A DNA stretch of 59,312 nucleotides from a virus. Lineage: Duplodnaviria; Caudoviricetes. Each line of letters starts with the position of its first letter. The first letter of the stretch is position 1. The stretch covers positions 1-59,312 of IMG/VR virus record IMGVR_UViG_3300008267_011718; one strand, given 5' to 3'. Below the pieces are notes generated by a model, which searched no databases, was not told the DNA's origin, and worked only from the letters and a program-made list of their open reading frames with translations. Of this stretch, positions 27,905-38,015 are shown one piece after another. The translations under genes were made by a program, and so were the position numbers.

Positions 27905-29706
27905 TAGATTATTGTTCCACGTATATCAGAATTTGGATATTTTATTTCCCAAATAGCATTTAAAGGCATTTTTATCATACTATCATATAAATTAGTATTA
28001 GTACTAGTATTTATCATAAGATTTGTTCTAGCGTAAGAACTACCAGTTTTAGTTTTTATAGACACCGATTTAACATCTAAAACGCTATCAACTCTCTTTA
28101 AAACCGATAGAACGTCATTAATCATAAAGGGTTCGCCTATTTCTGGGATTCTAGCAAAATATTCTCTTAACGCATTCAAAGAATCATCTAAGACATCGGC
28201 TTTTGATTTTCCAGGTACACCAATAGCTACAAATTCTATTGATAAATTTACAATTTTTGCATCTATTATATCTATTGTATCTGATAAAACTTTATTTTTG
28301 TCTAACCAAGTTTTTAAATTCTTTTTTATATTTATTGAAGAATTTACAAGATGGCCATTTTCGTCTTCTGACATTACGTATAGATTTAAATTTCTTTTAA
28401 AGGAATTTTGATCTTTAACTATTTTTACTCTTTTAATTGATCCAAATTTTCCAGGCATTGAATAAGACAGAGCTTCATAATCTTTTTCAGTTACTGCTCT
28501 ATTTTGTGATGCAAAATTATTTAAAATTCTGATTTTTAATTCTTCAGAGTCTGGAACTTTGATGTATCCAACAACAGGATCTTCATTTTCTACTATTATG
28601 CTTGCTCTAACATCTTCAACATCTAAGGCATTTAACTGTTGCTCATTTTGGAATTCTGCTACAAGACTAGAAACAGCATTTATTGTTCCTACTGCCGCAT
28701 TGACATTTTCTAAAGTATTTACGCGATAAGTTATTTTTAAAGTTGTATTTGAAGGAGCAATACCAAATTTATCACTGTTTATTAGCTTTTTTGGGTCAAA
28801 AGAAACATCAGAAACATACTTTCTTCCATACATTTCAAGAACAAATTTTGTAGGATCTTCTAGCATTTGGTCATTTTGAACATCAACCATATCAGAAGCG
28901 CCAAAAACTAAATAAGTTGAGTCCCTATCTTTTTCAACTACAAATCTTCTTGGCATAGCAAATGGTATTAATATATTTGGAGCAGTAGTTGAATCCTCTG
29001 AAACATTTGGAATCTCTCTATAACTTATATTTTGCGATAAATATTCTGCTTCATAATACTCATTACCTTCTGAATCTACAACTGAAACAATGTCTGCTAT
29101 GTTTGATTCATTTATTTGAATCTTTCTAAACCTTTTAAAAGATCCGATAGAAACATTTTGGTTCTTGTATATACCAGAAATAACAGTTCCATAGCCCTTT
29201 ATGGCGTAATGTGTAGGTTCGCCTGTAGTTGGATTAGTTTTTGCAATACGAACAGAAAATTTTGGATTGTTCATATTGATTTCATCAATCAACGTGAAAG
29301 CGTTAGATCCAGCTGAAAATGATGTTCCTTTTTTTAATATAGGTGCATAAGACAAATTAGGACCATAGCCAGTAGAATTAGCTGGCACTATGCAATATAC
29401 AGCAACTGTTCCATAAGAAGATGGAAACGGATTATGCTTATAACCTAATTTATAACCATGTTTTAAAATATTATTATATTCTATAGCAGTTTTTAGATGG
29501 CTTTCATTTGAACTATAGTCTGTATAGAATGATAACACATCGCCTATATAAGAGACTGTTTCAAGCATCAAAGAGCCAAAACTGGCTTCATTGAAATCCT
29601 TATAAGTATCTGGATAATACTTTTTGGCATACTCAACAAGTTCAGACTTTATTGAGTTAAAATCTCTAGCTGTGTATTTTATTGGTACTAATTTTTTAGT
29701 TGTCAT
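27904..29706 (-). CDS. Baseplate wedge subunit (T4 gp6 / baseplate J-like)
   Basis: YTARDFNSIKSEL...YKDFNEASFG.LMLE..SYIGDVLSFY.D, QNRAVTEKDY. Confidence 0.9.
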   Translation of the reverse strand: MTTKKLVPIKYTARDFNSIKSELVEYAKKYYPDTYKDFNEASFGSLMLETVSYIGDVLSFYTDYSSNESHLKTAIEYNNILKHGYKLGYKHNPFPSSYGTVAVYCIVPANSTGYGPNLSYAPILKKGTSFSAGSNAFTLIDEINMNNPKFSVRIAKTNPTTGEPTHYAIKGYGTVISGIYKNQNVSIGSFKRFRKIQINESNIADIVSVVDSEGNEYYEAEYLSQNISYREIPNVSEDSTTAPNILIPFAMPRRFVVEKDRDSTYLVFGASDMVDVQNDQMLEDPTKFVLEMYGRKYVSDVSFDPKKLINSDKFGIAPSNTTLKITYRVNTLENVNAAVGTINAVSSLVAEFQNEQQLNALDVEDVRASIIVENEDPVVGYIKVPDSEELKIRILNNFASQNRAVTEKDYEALSYSMPGKFGSIKRVKIVKDQNSFKRNLNLYVMSEDENGHLVNSSINIKKNLKTWLDKNKVLSDTIDIIDAKIVNLSIEFVAIGVPGKSKADVLDDSLNALREYFARIPEIGEPFMINDVLSVLKRVDSVLDVKSVSIKTKTGSSYARTNLMINTSTNTNLYDSMIKMPLNAIWEIKYPNSDIRGTII

Positions 29707-29724
29707 GTTTATTTTCTCTAAATT

Positions 29725-29733
29725 ATAAATAGT
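29725..29733 (-). promoter_or_regulatory. Putative late-promoter motif ACTATTTAT
   Basis: 18 nt upstream of the gp6-like start; identical to the copy at 4204. Confidence 0.55.
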
Positions 29734-30110
29734 TATCTTAATATAATATCTAAAGATAAAACATCATTTATTGAAACCGTAGGTACGCTATAATACATAG
29801 ATATTGAAACTTTATTCTCATCTGCACTTCTTATAACATCCAGTTTTTTTATGTTTACAAATGGCATATATTTTGCTATTTGACTATTGATTCTAGAAAT
29901 TACCTGAGAATCAAACGTATCGGACATATTTTCAAACAAATAAGATTTTATTCCAACGCCAAAATTTGCATCAAAAACTTTTTCGCCTGGATTGGTCAAT
30001 AAAAGATTTTTTAAATTTTGATTTATTGATTCTTTTAAATTTTTGTTTAAAGCATAACCCAAGTCAACTTTGTTAAAACCTAAAGGTAGTTTTGGTGAAA
30101 TACCGGCCAT
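29733..30110 (-). CDS. Baseplate wedge subunit gp25/GPW-like
   Basis: NLKNLLLTNPGEKVFDANFGVGIKSYLFE...KYMPFV; directly upstream of gp6-like gene. Confidence 0.9.
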   Translation of the reverse strand: MAGISPKLPLGFNKVDLGYALNKNLKESINQNLKNLLLTNPGEKVFDANFGVGIKSYLFENMSDTFDSQVISRINSQIAKYMPFVNIKKLDVIRSADENKVSISMYYSVPTVSINDVLSLDIILR

Positions 30111-30113
30111 TTT

Positions 30114-33100
30114 TTATTCCTCGTCTGGGCATTTATCGTCTTCGTTTGTAGTTCCAGAAGCTATTTCAAAAGTTTCATCACTAACAGATATCGCAACTGC
30201 TGCATAGCCTTGCGGCGTGATTGGGGGCAAAAGTGTTGACAAAGCAGCACTTGGTACATAAAGTGGTAAATTTTTAGCAGGAATTTCAACACCAGCGTTT
30301 TCAGCGGCAGCAACTCCTGATTTATATGCAAGGGAGATAGCAGAAGAAATAGTAATATTTGGGTCAGTAACCTGTGCAAATGATTTTGTAAACGACTTTG
30401 CAATTTGTGGTATAACTTTTAACTGCGATAACAGAAAAGTTAATCCTGTATCTTCTATTTCTTTTGTATAGTCTGAAGCCCTATCAACAACTGAAAAAAT
30501 ATTTCTTATTTGCTGTTTTGTAGCATTAAAAGAATCATTTATCTTATTAACACTACTCAAAGATAATAATATTGCACTAGAATAACAAGAAATCATTTCT
30601 TCTATAGGATAATATGTTGAAAAGTATTCATAGAAAACTTTTTTAAAGTTTGAATCTTTCTTATAATCAAAATTATCATCAATAATTCCAAAATTATATA
30701 AATCTATAACATCAATATTATACTGTAGATTGGCTACTGTGATATTTCTTGTTGGGCACAATTTAAATTGCGCTCTTTTGTCAAAAATATTTATTGCAAA
30801 AGGTAAAATATTAAGCTGCTCTTCTACATTTTGATTTTCAGCCTTGAAAATTTCTAGTAATTCTTTCTTTTCTTTTATTTTGGCTTCGCTTTCTTTTATA
30901 GCATTTATATATAAAGATGGAGTAAACCTTAATTCATACTTAATGAAAGACTTTTCTCCGTCATCTATAGGCTTTCTTTGGTCCTTATTTATTAAATATT
31001 GATTAAGGCTAAAAGGATCTGCAACAACAGCTTCACCACCAACCTGATTAACTTCTGTGTAGTTATCGCTTATATATTTAATCAAATCATCTATTAGCTC
31101 TGGCGGCAACAAACCAGTTAAGACCTCTTTTAAGACCTCTGTAGTTATATTACTAAATCTACCAGTATTTGGATTTATAAAAAAGTCTATAAGTGCAGCC
31201 ATCGCTGCTTCTTTTGATTGTTGCTGTGCGCTTATTTCATACTCTAAAGATTTTATTTTATTTATTAATGATAATGAAGAGTTAAACTCTGAATTAATTA
31301 CTAGAATATTATCAAATAAGTAATCTAAATAATTTTCATATTTATTTTTATATATTATTTTTTCTGCAAAAGAAAAATCTTCTTTATTAATTTTTTTATT
31401 TTTAAGCGCTTTTTCATATATTGGATAGATTTTTTTTGCAATTTCTATAAATTCTTTTTTAAAATATGTTTTAAAAGAATTAAATTTATTGTTATCAGTT
31501 AATATATCTCTATCTAAGTTGTAATCTTTTATATTATTTTCTAAAAAATACTTCTCTAGTAATATTTTCTCTATTCTATTTTTAAATGTTGAACCAAATA
31601 ATTGTTCTATATCTTTTAAAATTATGCTATGGCATACAGCATAAAAACTATCAATCTTCAGCATGGTCGCCACTGCATTTAATGGTAATAATTTTAAATT
31701 AAAATCAATCGCATATAACCTTAATAAAATTATTGCAGCGGATTCAAGATTAGCTCTATTGACTTCTGACTCTAAAACTTTTCCATTTTGATCAACCTTT
31801 GGTTGGATACAGGCATTTTTTGCTGCATTTTCCTGCATAATTTTAACTAAATCATCTATAGTTAATAATCTTAAGTCTTTTTCTCCGCATTTTTTCTGTT
31901 TTAGCGTTAATAGTGGGTTAAAGTTAATGTTATAAGCTTTTGAATATTTAGAATTTTCTGTTGCAGCTATTTTTGTAAAAAGAAAACTTCTATGATATTG
32001 TTTCACATAAGAGTTATTTATTTTTTTAAAAAGGTCATTCCATAAATTTTTACCTAATATTGGTGAATTGGATAAAAATAAATTAGTCTGATAAATATTA
32101 TAATTTTGATCTACTAATTTAAATGGTGTTTCTGTAGAAGAAGTCAGATAAGAGCTTGAAACAGATAAAAATTTGCTATTTTTTATAGTCTCTATTTGCT
32201 TTTGCGTAAAATCTTTTTGTAAGCCATTTATTTTGCTGATTGAACTACCACTAACAAAGCTGTAAGAGCTTGTTAATAAACTACTACCTATTTGTCTATT
32301 TATAATAGTGTTACTGCTAGATATTTCGTTTGACTGAATTGTTATTTTACTAACTGGGAATAAGTCAAAATATTGGTCTTCACCAGGATTTATAAAATTA
32401 AAATTGCTAATATTGTATTTTACTTCAATTTTATTCGTTATTAATGAAAAAGTATTATCAATAATAAATTCTGAATTAAAGCTACGGTTTAAAAAATCAG
32501 TAAAAGTTATCTTTGGAGTTTCTAAAAATAAATTATTTGTTGTATTACCACTAGACGTTACCTGTGTACAGTTATTTAACCAGCTATTAATATCAAAATT
32601 GTAACTTTGATCAACAGTTTTTAATAAACCATTTAATGTATTGTTAGTGGCTTTTTTAAAAGAGTCTGGAAATGGTCCAACTTTATCACTTATACCTGGC
32701 GTAATAGAACCGTCTGGGTTTTTTTGGCAGTTCATTGGAGGCATCTTAATAAATTCGCTATTTAGCGCATTTAATGCAATACCTAATTCTGCAATAACTT
32801 TTTTTACTTCTTCATCTTTTCTTTCTATTTCTTTTAACGCATCTTGCTCACTTAAGCCTTTTTCTAAATAAGATTTTTTTAAATTATTATTTAAAGTTTG
32901 ATTATCAATGCAAAGTAAGTCAGGATCGGAGCTTAAATCTTTAGTCTGATAATCTTGCAATACTTGAGAATTTATTAAATTCTTAAATTTACCGAAATAG
33001 TTTATTACTTTTGAATCGGAGAGAGTAGTAAAATTATTTTCTGCTTTTTTAGTACCAAGTTTTGGTGGTATTATTTTTATTGGATTTTGCTGTAATTCTA

Positions 33101-35543
33101 GATTATTTATAGTGCTTTTTGTTATTTTTAAAGTTAAATTATTTGGGACTCCTAAGAATAATGATAAAATTTCTTCTTTAGTAAGGGATTGAGAAATGTT
33201 TGAAAGAATTAATTTTATTTCGTTTAATTCTTGTTCGCTATTTTCTTGAGCCGCGTCTAATACACCTTCTTGTTCTAAACCTTGTGATAGATCTCCATTT
33301 AATAAATCTTCTGCGTTTGTATCGCCAAATCTATCTGGATTTACATTTGTTCTGCATTTCTCTGAAAGATTTAACAAAGATCTAATAAGTGTTACTAAAA
33401 TATCTGTTCTCGCATCTACAACTGCGCTTCCAAATTGTGCATAATATGAACTTACAAGCGAAGGTAAATGTGGAAATGTTGGAAGTTTTATTAAAGGAAA
33501 TTTTGGTATTGGTAAAGGAGGAATTTGGCAAGCTAAAGGAATATCATTAATAAGCCAATTTTTTAGAGCTTCTAATAAGAATCTGACAAGTTCTCTTGTT
33601 TCTGCATCTACTATGCAGCTAATCAATTCTTCAATTATTGCATCCCAATTTATTGTTTTAAAATCTTTAAGTTGATCAAATCTATCTTTAGTAATTTGTT
33701 TAAGATTATCTAGTGTTGTTTGCCATTCCTGTTCGGAAAAAGAATCTTTAGCGTTTTGTATCGTTTCACCAGAAACTATATTATTTAAAAATTCATTACT
33801 GTTTGTTTTTAAGTTGTCAATAGTTCTAGTTTTATAATCTCTTAAACACTGTTTATTACTTTCACTAAAATTTCCAAATGTGCCTTGTGCAAATTTTATT
33901 TCTGCTAATGAGCCAGGAGTTATATATTTTGCTAAAAATTGGCTTATTGAGACTGAATTATCTTCTTTTGATAAAGGAATTATATTACAAAGTAGAAATG
34001 AAAAGGTTATATCTGTTACAGGATCATTTTCTATTAATGATCTAGCGCCAATAAGCTCTTGAATCTGAGGCGGTCCTACTTCTGGGCCGCTTATCATAGA
34101 AATAGATTCTAGAATAGCATTTGAAAATTGTAATAATAAGCTCTTTTTTTCTTGAGTGGCTACTATTTGTGTACTATTTTTCTTTCTTAAATTTAATAGC
34201 GATTGATAAAAATTTAAAATATTTTCAGCATAACTAGACAAATCTATAAACACTTTAGTGTCTTCATTTTTTCTTATTTCTTCGTCTATTTTTAATTGAT
34301 ATTGAAATATATTTTCTGCACTTTTTTCAAATATTACTTTTAGCGCCTCATAATCTTCAAAAGGTAAAACGACTATTCTTGAAGGAATAATCTCTATTTC
34401 TTGAGGAGAAATATATTCTTTTGTTAGTGGATTGTCTCCAAAGGCTGCATTTACATAATCAAAAGTCGCACCAGCGTTTGGCCCTCCTTGCAAAGCTGCT
34501 GAGATATTTGGTGCTAATTCATTAAAATCAAAAACAGTAATATTTTCTACCTTGCTTGCTAAATCAGGTAAAGCAGCTAAAGCGTCTGCTGTGGCTGTAA
34601 CTATTTCCTGGGCTACGTTTTTTACTTTAGTGACTGCTTCTATGTTTTTAACAGGTACGGAAACTATTATTAATACTCTTTCTCCAGCTCTTGGACTAAT
34701 ATAATAATTGTCTATTCTACCAAATAGATAATATTTGTCTTCAAAATTTTGACCATTATCCGTTTCTTCTTTATTCTGGTCTAACAAAATTTCTTTTATG
34801 CCTTGAGAAAATGTTTTTCTAAATTCTTCTTTAACTACTTCTTCCGTTAAGCCTTCAAAATTTAATATATTTACTTCTTTGGCTGTATAATATGCTGCTG
34901 TTTCATCACTAGAAACAACCTTGTTAATATCAACCGCTGAAGGAATTACGCTATTGTTTATACTTCTAGCGTACATATTTGATTTAAGAATAGAGCTTTG
35001 TACGTCTATTAATTGTTTATTGCTAGTATTAGGTAATTTTCTAATAGATTTTTTTAAACAATAACCTTCTTGCAGCTTTTCTCCTTCTGCGGTATTGATC
35101 TGAAAAAGAATCTTACACCAAGATAAGTTTTTTCCTAAGCCATAATCTATAATTTTTATTGATTTTGCATTAGAAAAAGCAATAACATTAAAAAATGTGT
35201 TTTCAAAAGTAAATTCAGCTATAGATGAAACATCTTTATTGTATGCATAATCATAAATAAATGTAGCTGGCGCTTTGAGAACTTGCCCAACAGTATCAGC
35301 AAATTTAGCAAAGTCAGCATCTGTTTCGGATATAGCTCTTTCAAATCTTTTCCATCGGCTTTCTGCTTGTACGAAATCTTCTGCTCCCAATAAATGCTTT
35401 ATGATTTTAGTATCGTCTGAATCATTTATTGATAAAGCTATATTTTCTCCTGCTCCAACAATAAAATCAGCAGAGGTTGGAAAATTTTCTTGAGAAAAAG
35501 ATAAATCTTCTATTATTTTTTGAAAATTGATACTATTTGCCAT
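30114..35543 (-). CDS. Very large hypothetical virion protein
   Basis: 1809 aa between spike and gp25; possible SH3b-like N-terminal segment; Pro-rich hinge IPPLPIPKFPLIKLP. Confidence 0.6.
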   Translation of the reverse strand: MANSINFQKIIEDLSFSQENFPTSADFIVGAGENIALSINDSDDTKIIKHLLGAEDFVQAESRWKRFERAISETDADFAKFADTVGQVLKAPATFIYDYAYNKDVSSIAEFTFENTFFNVIAFSNAKSIKIIDYGLGKNLSWCKILFQINTAEGEKLQEGYCLKKSIRKLPNTSNKQLIDVQSSILKSNMYARSINNSVIPSAVDINKVVSSDETAAYYTAKEVNILNFEGLTEEVVKEEFRKTFSQGIKEILLDQNKEETDNGQNFEDKYYLFGRIDNYYISPRAGERVLIIVSVPVKNIEAVTKVKNVAQEIVTATADALAALPDLASKVENITVFDFNELAPNISAALQGGPNAGATFDYVNAAFGDNPLTKEYISPQEIEIIPSRIVVLPFEDYEALKVIFEKSAENIFQYQLKIDEEIRKNEDTKVFIDLSSYAENILNFYQSLLNLRKKNSTQIVATQEKKSLLLQFSNAILESISMISGPEVGPPQIQELIGARSLIENDPVTDITFSFLLCNIIPLSKEDNSVSISQFLAKYITPGSLAEIKFAQGTFGNFSESNKQCLRDYKTRTIDNLKTNSNEFLNNIVSGETIQNAKDSFSEQEWQTTLDNLKQITKDRFDQLKDFKTINWDAIIEELISCIVDAETRELVRFLLEALKNWLINDIPLACQIPPLPIPKFPLIKLPTFPHLPSLVSSYYAQFGSAVVDARTDILVTLIRSLLNLSEKCRTNVNPDRFGDTNAEDLLNGDLSQGLEQEGVLDAAQENSEQELNEIKLILSNISQSLTKEEILSLFLGVPNNLTLKITKSTINNLELQQNPIKIIPPKLGTKKAENNFTTLSDSKVINYFGKFKNLINSQVLQDYQTKDLSSDPDLLCIDNQTLNNNLKKSYLEKGLSEQDALKEIERKDEEVKKVIAELGIALNALNSEFIKMPPMNCQKNPDGSITPGISDKVGPFPDSFKKATNNTLNGLLKTVDQSYNFDINSWLNNCTQVTSSGNTTNNLFLETPKITFTDFLNRSFNSEFIIDNTFSLITNKIEVKYNISNFNFINPGEDQYFDLFPVSKITIQSNEISSSNTIINRQIGSSLLTSSYSFVSGSSISKINGLQKDFTQKQIETIKNSKFLSVSSSYLTSSTETPFKLVDQNYNIYQTNLFLSNSPILGKNLWNDLFKKINNSYVKQYHRSFLFTKIAATENSKYSKAYNINFNPLLTLKQKKCGEKDLRLLTIDDLVKIMQENAAKNACIQPKVDQNGKVLESEVNRANLESAAIILLRLYAIDFNLKLLPLNAVATMLKIDSFYAVCHSIILKDIEQLFGSTFKNRIEKILLEKYFLENNIKDYNLDRDILTDNNKFNSFKTYFKKEFIEIAKKIYPIYEKALKNKKINKEDFSFAEKIIYKNKYENYLDYLFDNILVINSEFNSSLSLINKIKSLEYEISAQQQSKEAAMAALIDFFINPNTGRFSNITTEVLKEVLTGLLPPELIDDLIKYISDNYTEVNQVGGEAVVADPFSLNQYLINKDQRKPIDDGEKSFIKYELRFTPSLYINAIKESEAKIKEKKELLEIFKAENQNVEEQLNILPFAINIFDKRAQFKLCPTRNITVANLQYNIDVIDLYNFGIIDDNFDYKKDSNFKKVFYEYFSTYYPIEEMISCYSSAILLSLSSVNKINDSFNATKQQIRNIFSVVDRASDYTKEIEDTGLTFLLSQLKVIPQIAKSFTKSFAQVTDPNITISSAISLAYKSGVAAAENAGVEIPAKNLPLYVPSAALSTLLPPITPQGYAAVAISVSDETFEIASGTTNEDDKCPDEE

Positions 35544-35548
35544 GTTTT

Positions 35549-36478
35549 TTAATTAGTGTTGTTAAATCTACTAGCTATATAGGTATCGCCAGATTTTTCT
35601 AAATAGGTTTCTTTAAAATTAAATAAATCTTTTCTTATCCCGTCAAGTTTTGTGTTTGTAAACTGTGTAAATACATAGTTAGCGGCCATGCCTCTCACTA
35701 ATACATCATCGTCAAGGGGTTGGGTTGGAGAACTTGCCACTGATGACATGTGCTGATGGTTGGCATACGACTCGTTAACGTCAGCCTGATGATAAACAAT
35801 TTCCATAATTGCATCTAAAGTTAGCTCAAAAAGTTCTATCAATTTCCTTATAGCTAATATTGTGTTGTCGCCTTTTAACAATGGTTGAAGCTCTTTATCG
35901 TCATTACCGGCGATTAAATCAATGCCTTTAAAATTAATATGTTTTTCTCTCTTAGAGTCTTCATTATATCTTCTTGTTACTAATTTTATTCCTCTTTCGC
36001 CTATTACTCTTATGTCATCTGCCTTTATAGCTATTGCAGATTTTTTTATTGATTTGCCAATAGTACCATCTGCTAAAGATAGATAATCATCTATATCCGC
36101 TGTTTGTGACATATAAATATATGATGAATCAAGCATAAAATTAGGATTAGTACTTACTGGATTTTCTGGATCTTCTGAATATAAACCAAGCCCTGCTCCG
36201 AAATGACCAGTTACAAGATGAATCATGCCGGATTCTGGATAGCCAGTACCGCCATAACCAGTCCAAATATCATCAATTCTATCTTTTCCTAATACAATAT
36301 GAGAATTATTGTAGCCAGAATATACTTTTTCTGCTACGCTGTTTATTCTTTCAGGATAAGCTTCTCTTTTAACACTATCACCAACGCCAGATTGACGTAA
36401 TTGTGTCGCCGTGGAAGAATTTTGATTAGCTTCTTTGGCTTTATCAGATAAATTTTTACTTTCTAAATAATCAGCCAT
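35549..36478 (-). CDS. Baseplate central spike (gp5 C-terminal / gpV-like)
   Basis: SHIVLGKDR, AIAIKADDIRVIGERGIKLVT beta repeats, QPLLKGD, HQH metal-binding tip motif. Confidence 0.6.
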   Translation of the reverse strand: MADYLESKNLSDKAKEANQNSSTATQLRQSGVGDSVKREAYPERINSVAEKVYSGYNNSHIVLGKDRIDDIWTGYGGTGYPESGMIHLVTGHFGAGLGLYSEDPENPVSTNPNFMLDSSYIYMSQTADIDDYLSLADGTIGKSIKKSAIAIKADDIRVIGERGIKLVTRRYNEDSKREKHINFKGIDLIAGNDDKELQPLLKGDNTILAIRKLIELFELTLDAIMEIVYHQADVNESYANHQHMSSVASSPTQPLDDDVLVRGMAANYVFTQFTNTKLDGIRKDLFNFKETYLEKSGDTYIASRFNNTN

Positions 36479-36479
36479 T

Positions 36480-37706
36480 TTATACCATCTCTGTTAATTT
36501 TATGTCTTTTGCTTCAAGATACAAATTAATTCTTTGTCTATTATAAATAGCGTATTTGGACCCAGAACCAGCGTTCCAAGCGCCCATGCTTAAAACTTCT
36601 TTTCGTGGTTTTCTACCGACTGGTGCTATTGACATATGAAACCAAAAACTACCAGGTCCATTGCTTTCAAAAATTAATTGATCTATAGGCAAATCAGGAG
36701 ATTTTATTATTTCATCAAATCTATCAAATAATTGTTGGTCAGTTAGATTAGAAAACTTAACATCAGCTGCTTGTCCTAATCTATGTTGGCTTGTTGCAGC
36801 GCCATTTACAGCAGTATTCAAATCTTCATTTCTAAAAGCATTAGTTAAATAAAATGAATTTTGTCCATACTTATCAACCAAAACATCTAATAGTTTATTC
36901 GCTAATAAAGTTAAATATTTTGTCTCTTCTTCATCTGGCGTATTATCAATACCCAATCTTTTTGCTGTAGAAGATTTTGTTAAATCCTGTAGGGTAAAAT
37001 ATTTAGAAATTTTTTCACCACTAATAGAATTATATTTTGATAATTCTTCTTCTATGGTTTCACAACCTTGTACTGAAAAAGAAGGAGTTGGCTGTTTTGT
37101 TTGATCAACGTCCTGCGTATTAGAAGAGTTTATCGCATCAGAATTACTTTTTATATTTGCTTTGTCTGAGCAGGCACTTGCGTTAAATGGTTCTTTAGCA
37201 CTGCTTGGTTTTAGATTTTCAACTATTATTGGTGGAAGTTGACCATGTACATAGGTGATACTTCCGTCTTCTTTTGCGCTATTAGTAAACGAAAATTCTA
37301 TAAAAGAACCAACTGGTATTTTTTCTTTGATTTTCGTACTGCATCTTATAAAACTTATTGATTTGAGAATATCAAGTTTTGTTTTTAAAAGACCTTCTAT
37401 GCTACCATGCGCTTTTTCAACTGGTAGAACAACATATTCAATAAATAAATCATTAGTGGAAAATGTGTTCTGTTTGATTACTTTATTAATATTAGTTTGA
37501 GGATTTTTTGTTTCCACTATTTCCATTACAACACCATAAGTGCTATAATCATTTATGGAATTTAAGCTTTTTATTGTTTCAATATCAAGCTTTCTTTTTA
37601 CAATTTGTGGATTTTCTCTTAGAAGATCACTATCAACATTAAAGCCAAAATTAGGTTGTTCTCTGGTTAATTGTACTTGTCCTGTACCAATTTTTTCAAA
37701 AAACAT
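36480..37706 (-). CDS. gp5-like N-terminal domain fused to peptidase M15A (virion-associated peptidoglycan hydrolase)
   Basis: C-terminal ISKYFTL..LT.S.TA....IDNTP, FRN..LN.AV.GA.TSQH..GQAAD, DQLIFE, WFHMS. Confidence 0.8.
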   Translation of the reverse strand: MFFEKIGTGQVQLTREQPNFGFNVDSDLLRENPQIVKRKLDIETIKSLNSINDYSTYGVVMEIVETKNPQTNINKVIKQNTFSTNDLFIEYVVLPVEKAHGSIEGLLKTKLDILKSISFIRCSTKIKEKIPVGSFIEFSFTNSAKEDGSITYVHGQLPPIIVENLKPSSAKEPFNASACSDKANIKSNSDAINSSNTQDVDQTKQPTPSFSVQGCETIEEELSKYNSISGEKISKYFTLQDLTKSSTAKRLGIDNTPDEEETKYLTLLANKLLDVLVDKYGQNSFYLTNAFRNEDLNTAVNGAATSQHRLGQAADVKFSNLTDQQLFDRFDEIIKSPDLPIDQLIFESNGPGSFWFHMSIAPVGRKPRKEVLSMGAWNAGSGSKYAIYNRQRINLYLEAKDIKLTEMV

Positions 37707-38015
37707 TTATTTTTCTTCCTTGATCAAATCAAAAATTTCATCCCTTTCTTTAGCCGATAAAGTGTCTTGTAGGCCGTCTCTTTTTTGAATAATTGAAGCA
37801 ATTTTTACTAATTGTTCATTTGATCTTTGTAATGTTTCAAGATATTTGCTTGCTATTTCTCCAAAGTCTTTATGAACGTGTTTAGTGCCTTCTTCGCCCA
37901 TTTGGCTGACTAATTCAAGCAATAATTTATGAGCTATAGCCCTATCATTACTGATATTATCAGTCGCTTCAGTTAAATATTCTTCTAAGGTTTTTGAATT
38001 ATTTTTCATTTTCAC
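37707..38015 (-). CDS. Hypothetical helical protein
   Basis: 102 aa ORF abutting both neighbours. Confidence 0.7.
   Translation of the reverse strand: MKMKNNSKTLEEYLTEATDNISNDRAIAHKLLLELVSQMGEEGTKHVHKDFGEIASKYLETLQRSNEQLVKIASIIQKRDGLQDTLSAKERDEIFDLIKEEK

Noticed and set aside
27904-37706. Bacterial T6SS/eCIS/tailocin locus
   Set aside because: Primase, resolvase, sigma-like factor, HNH and PhoH on the same strand indicate a phage genome
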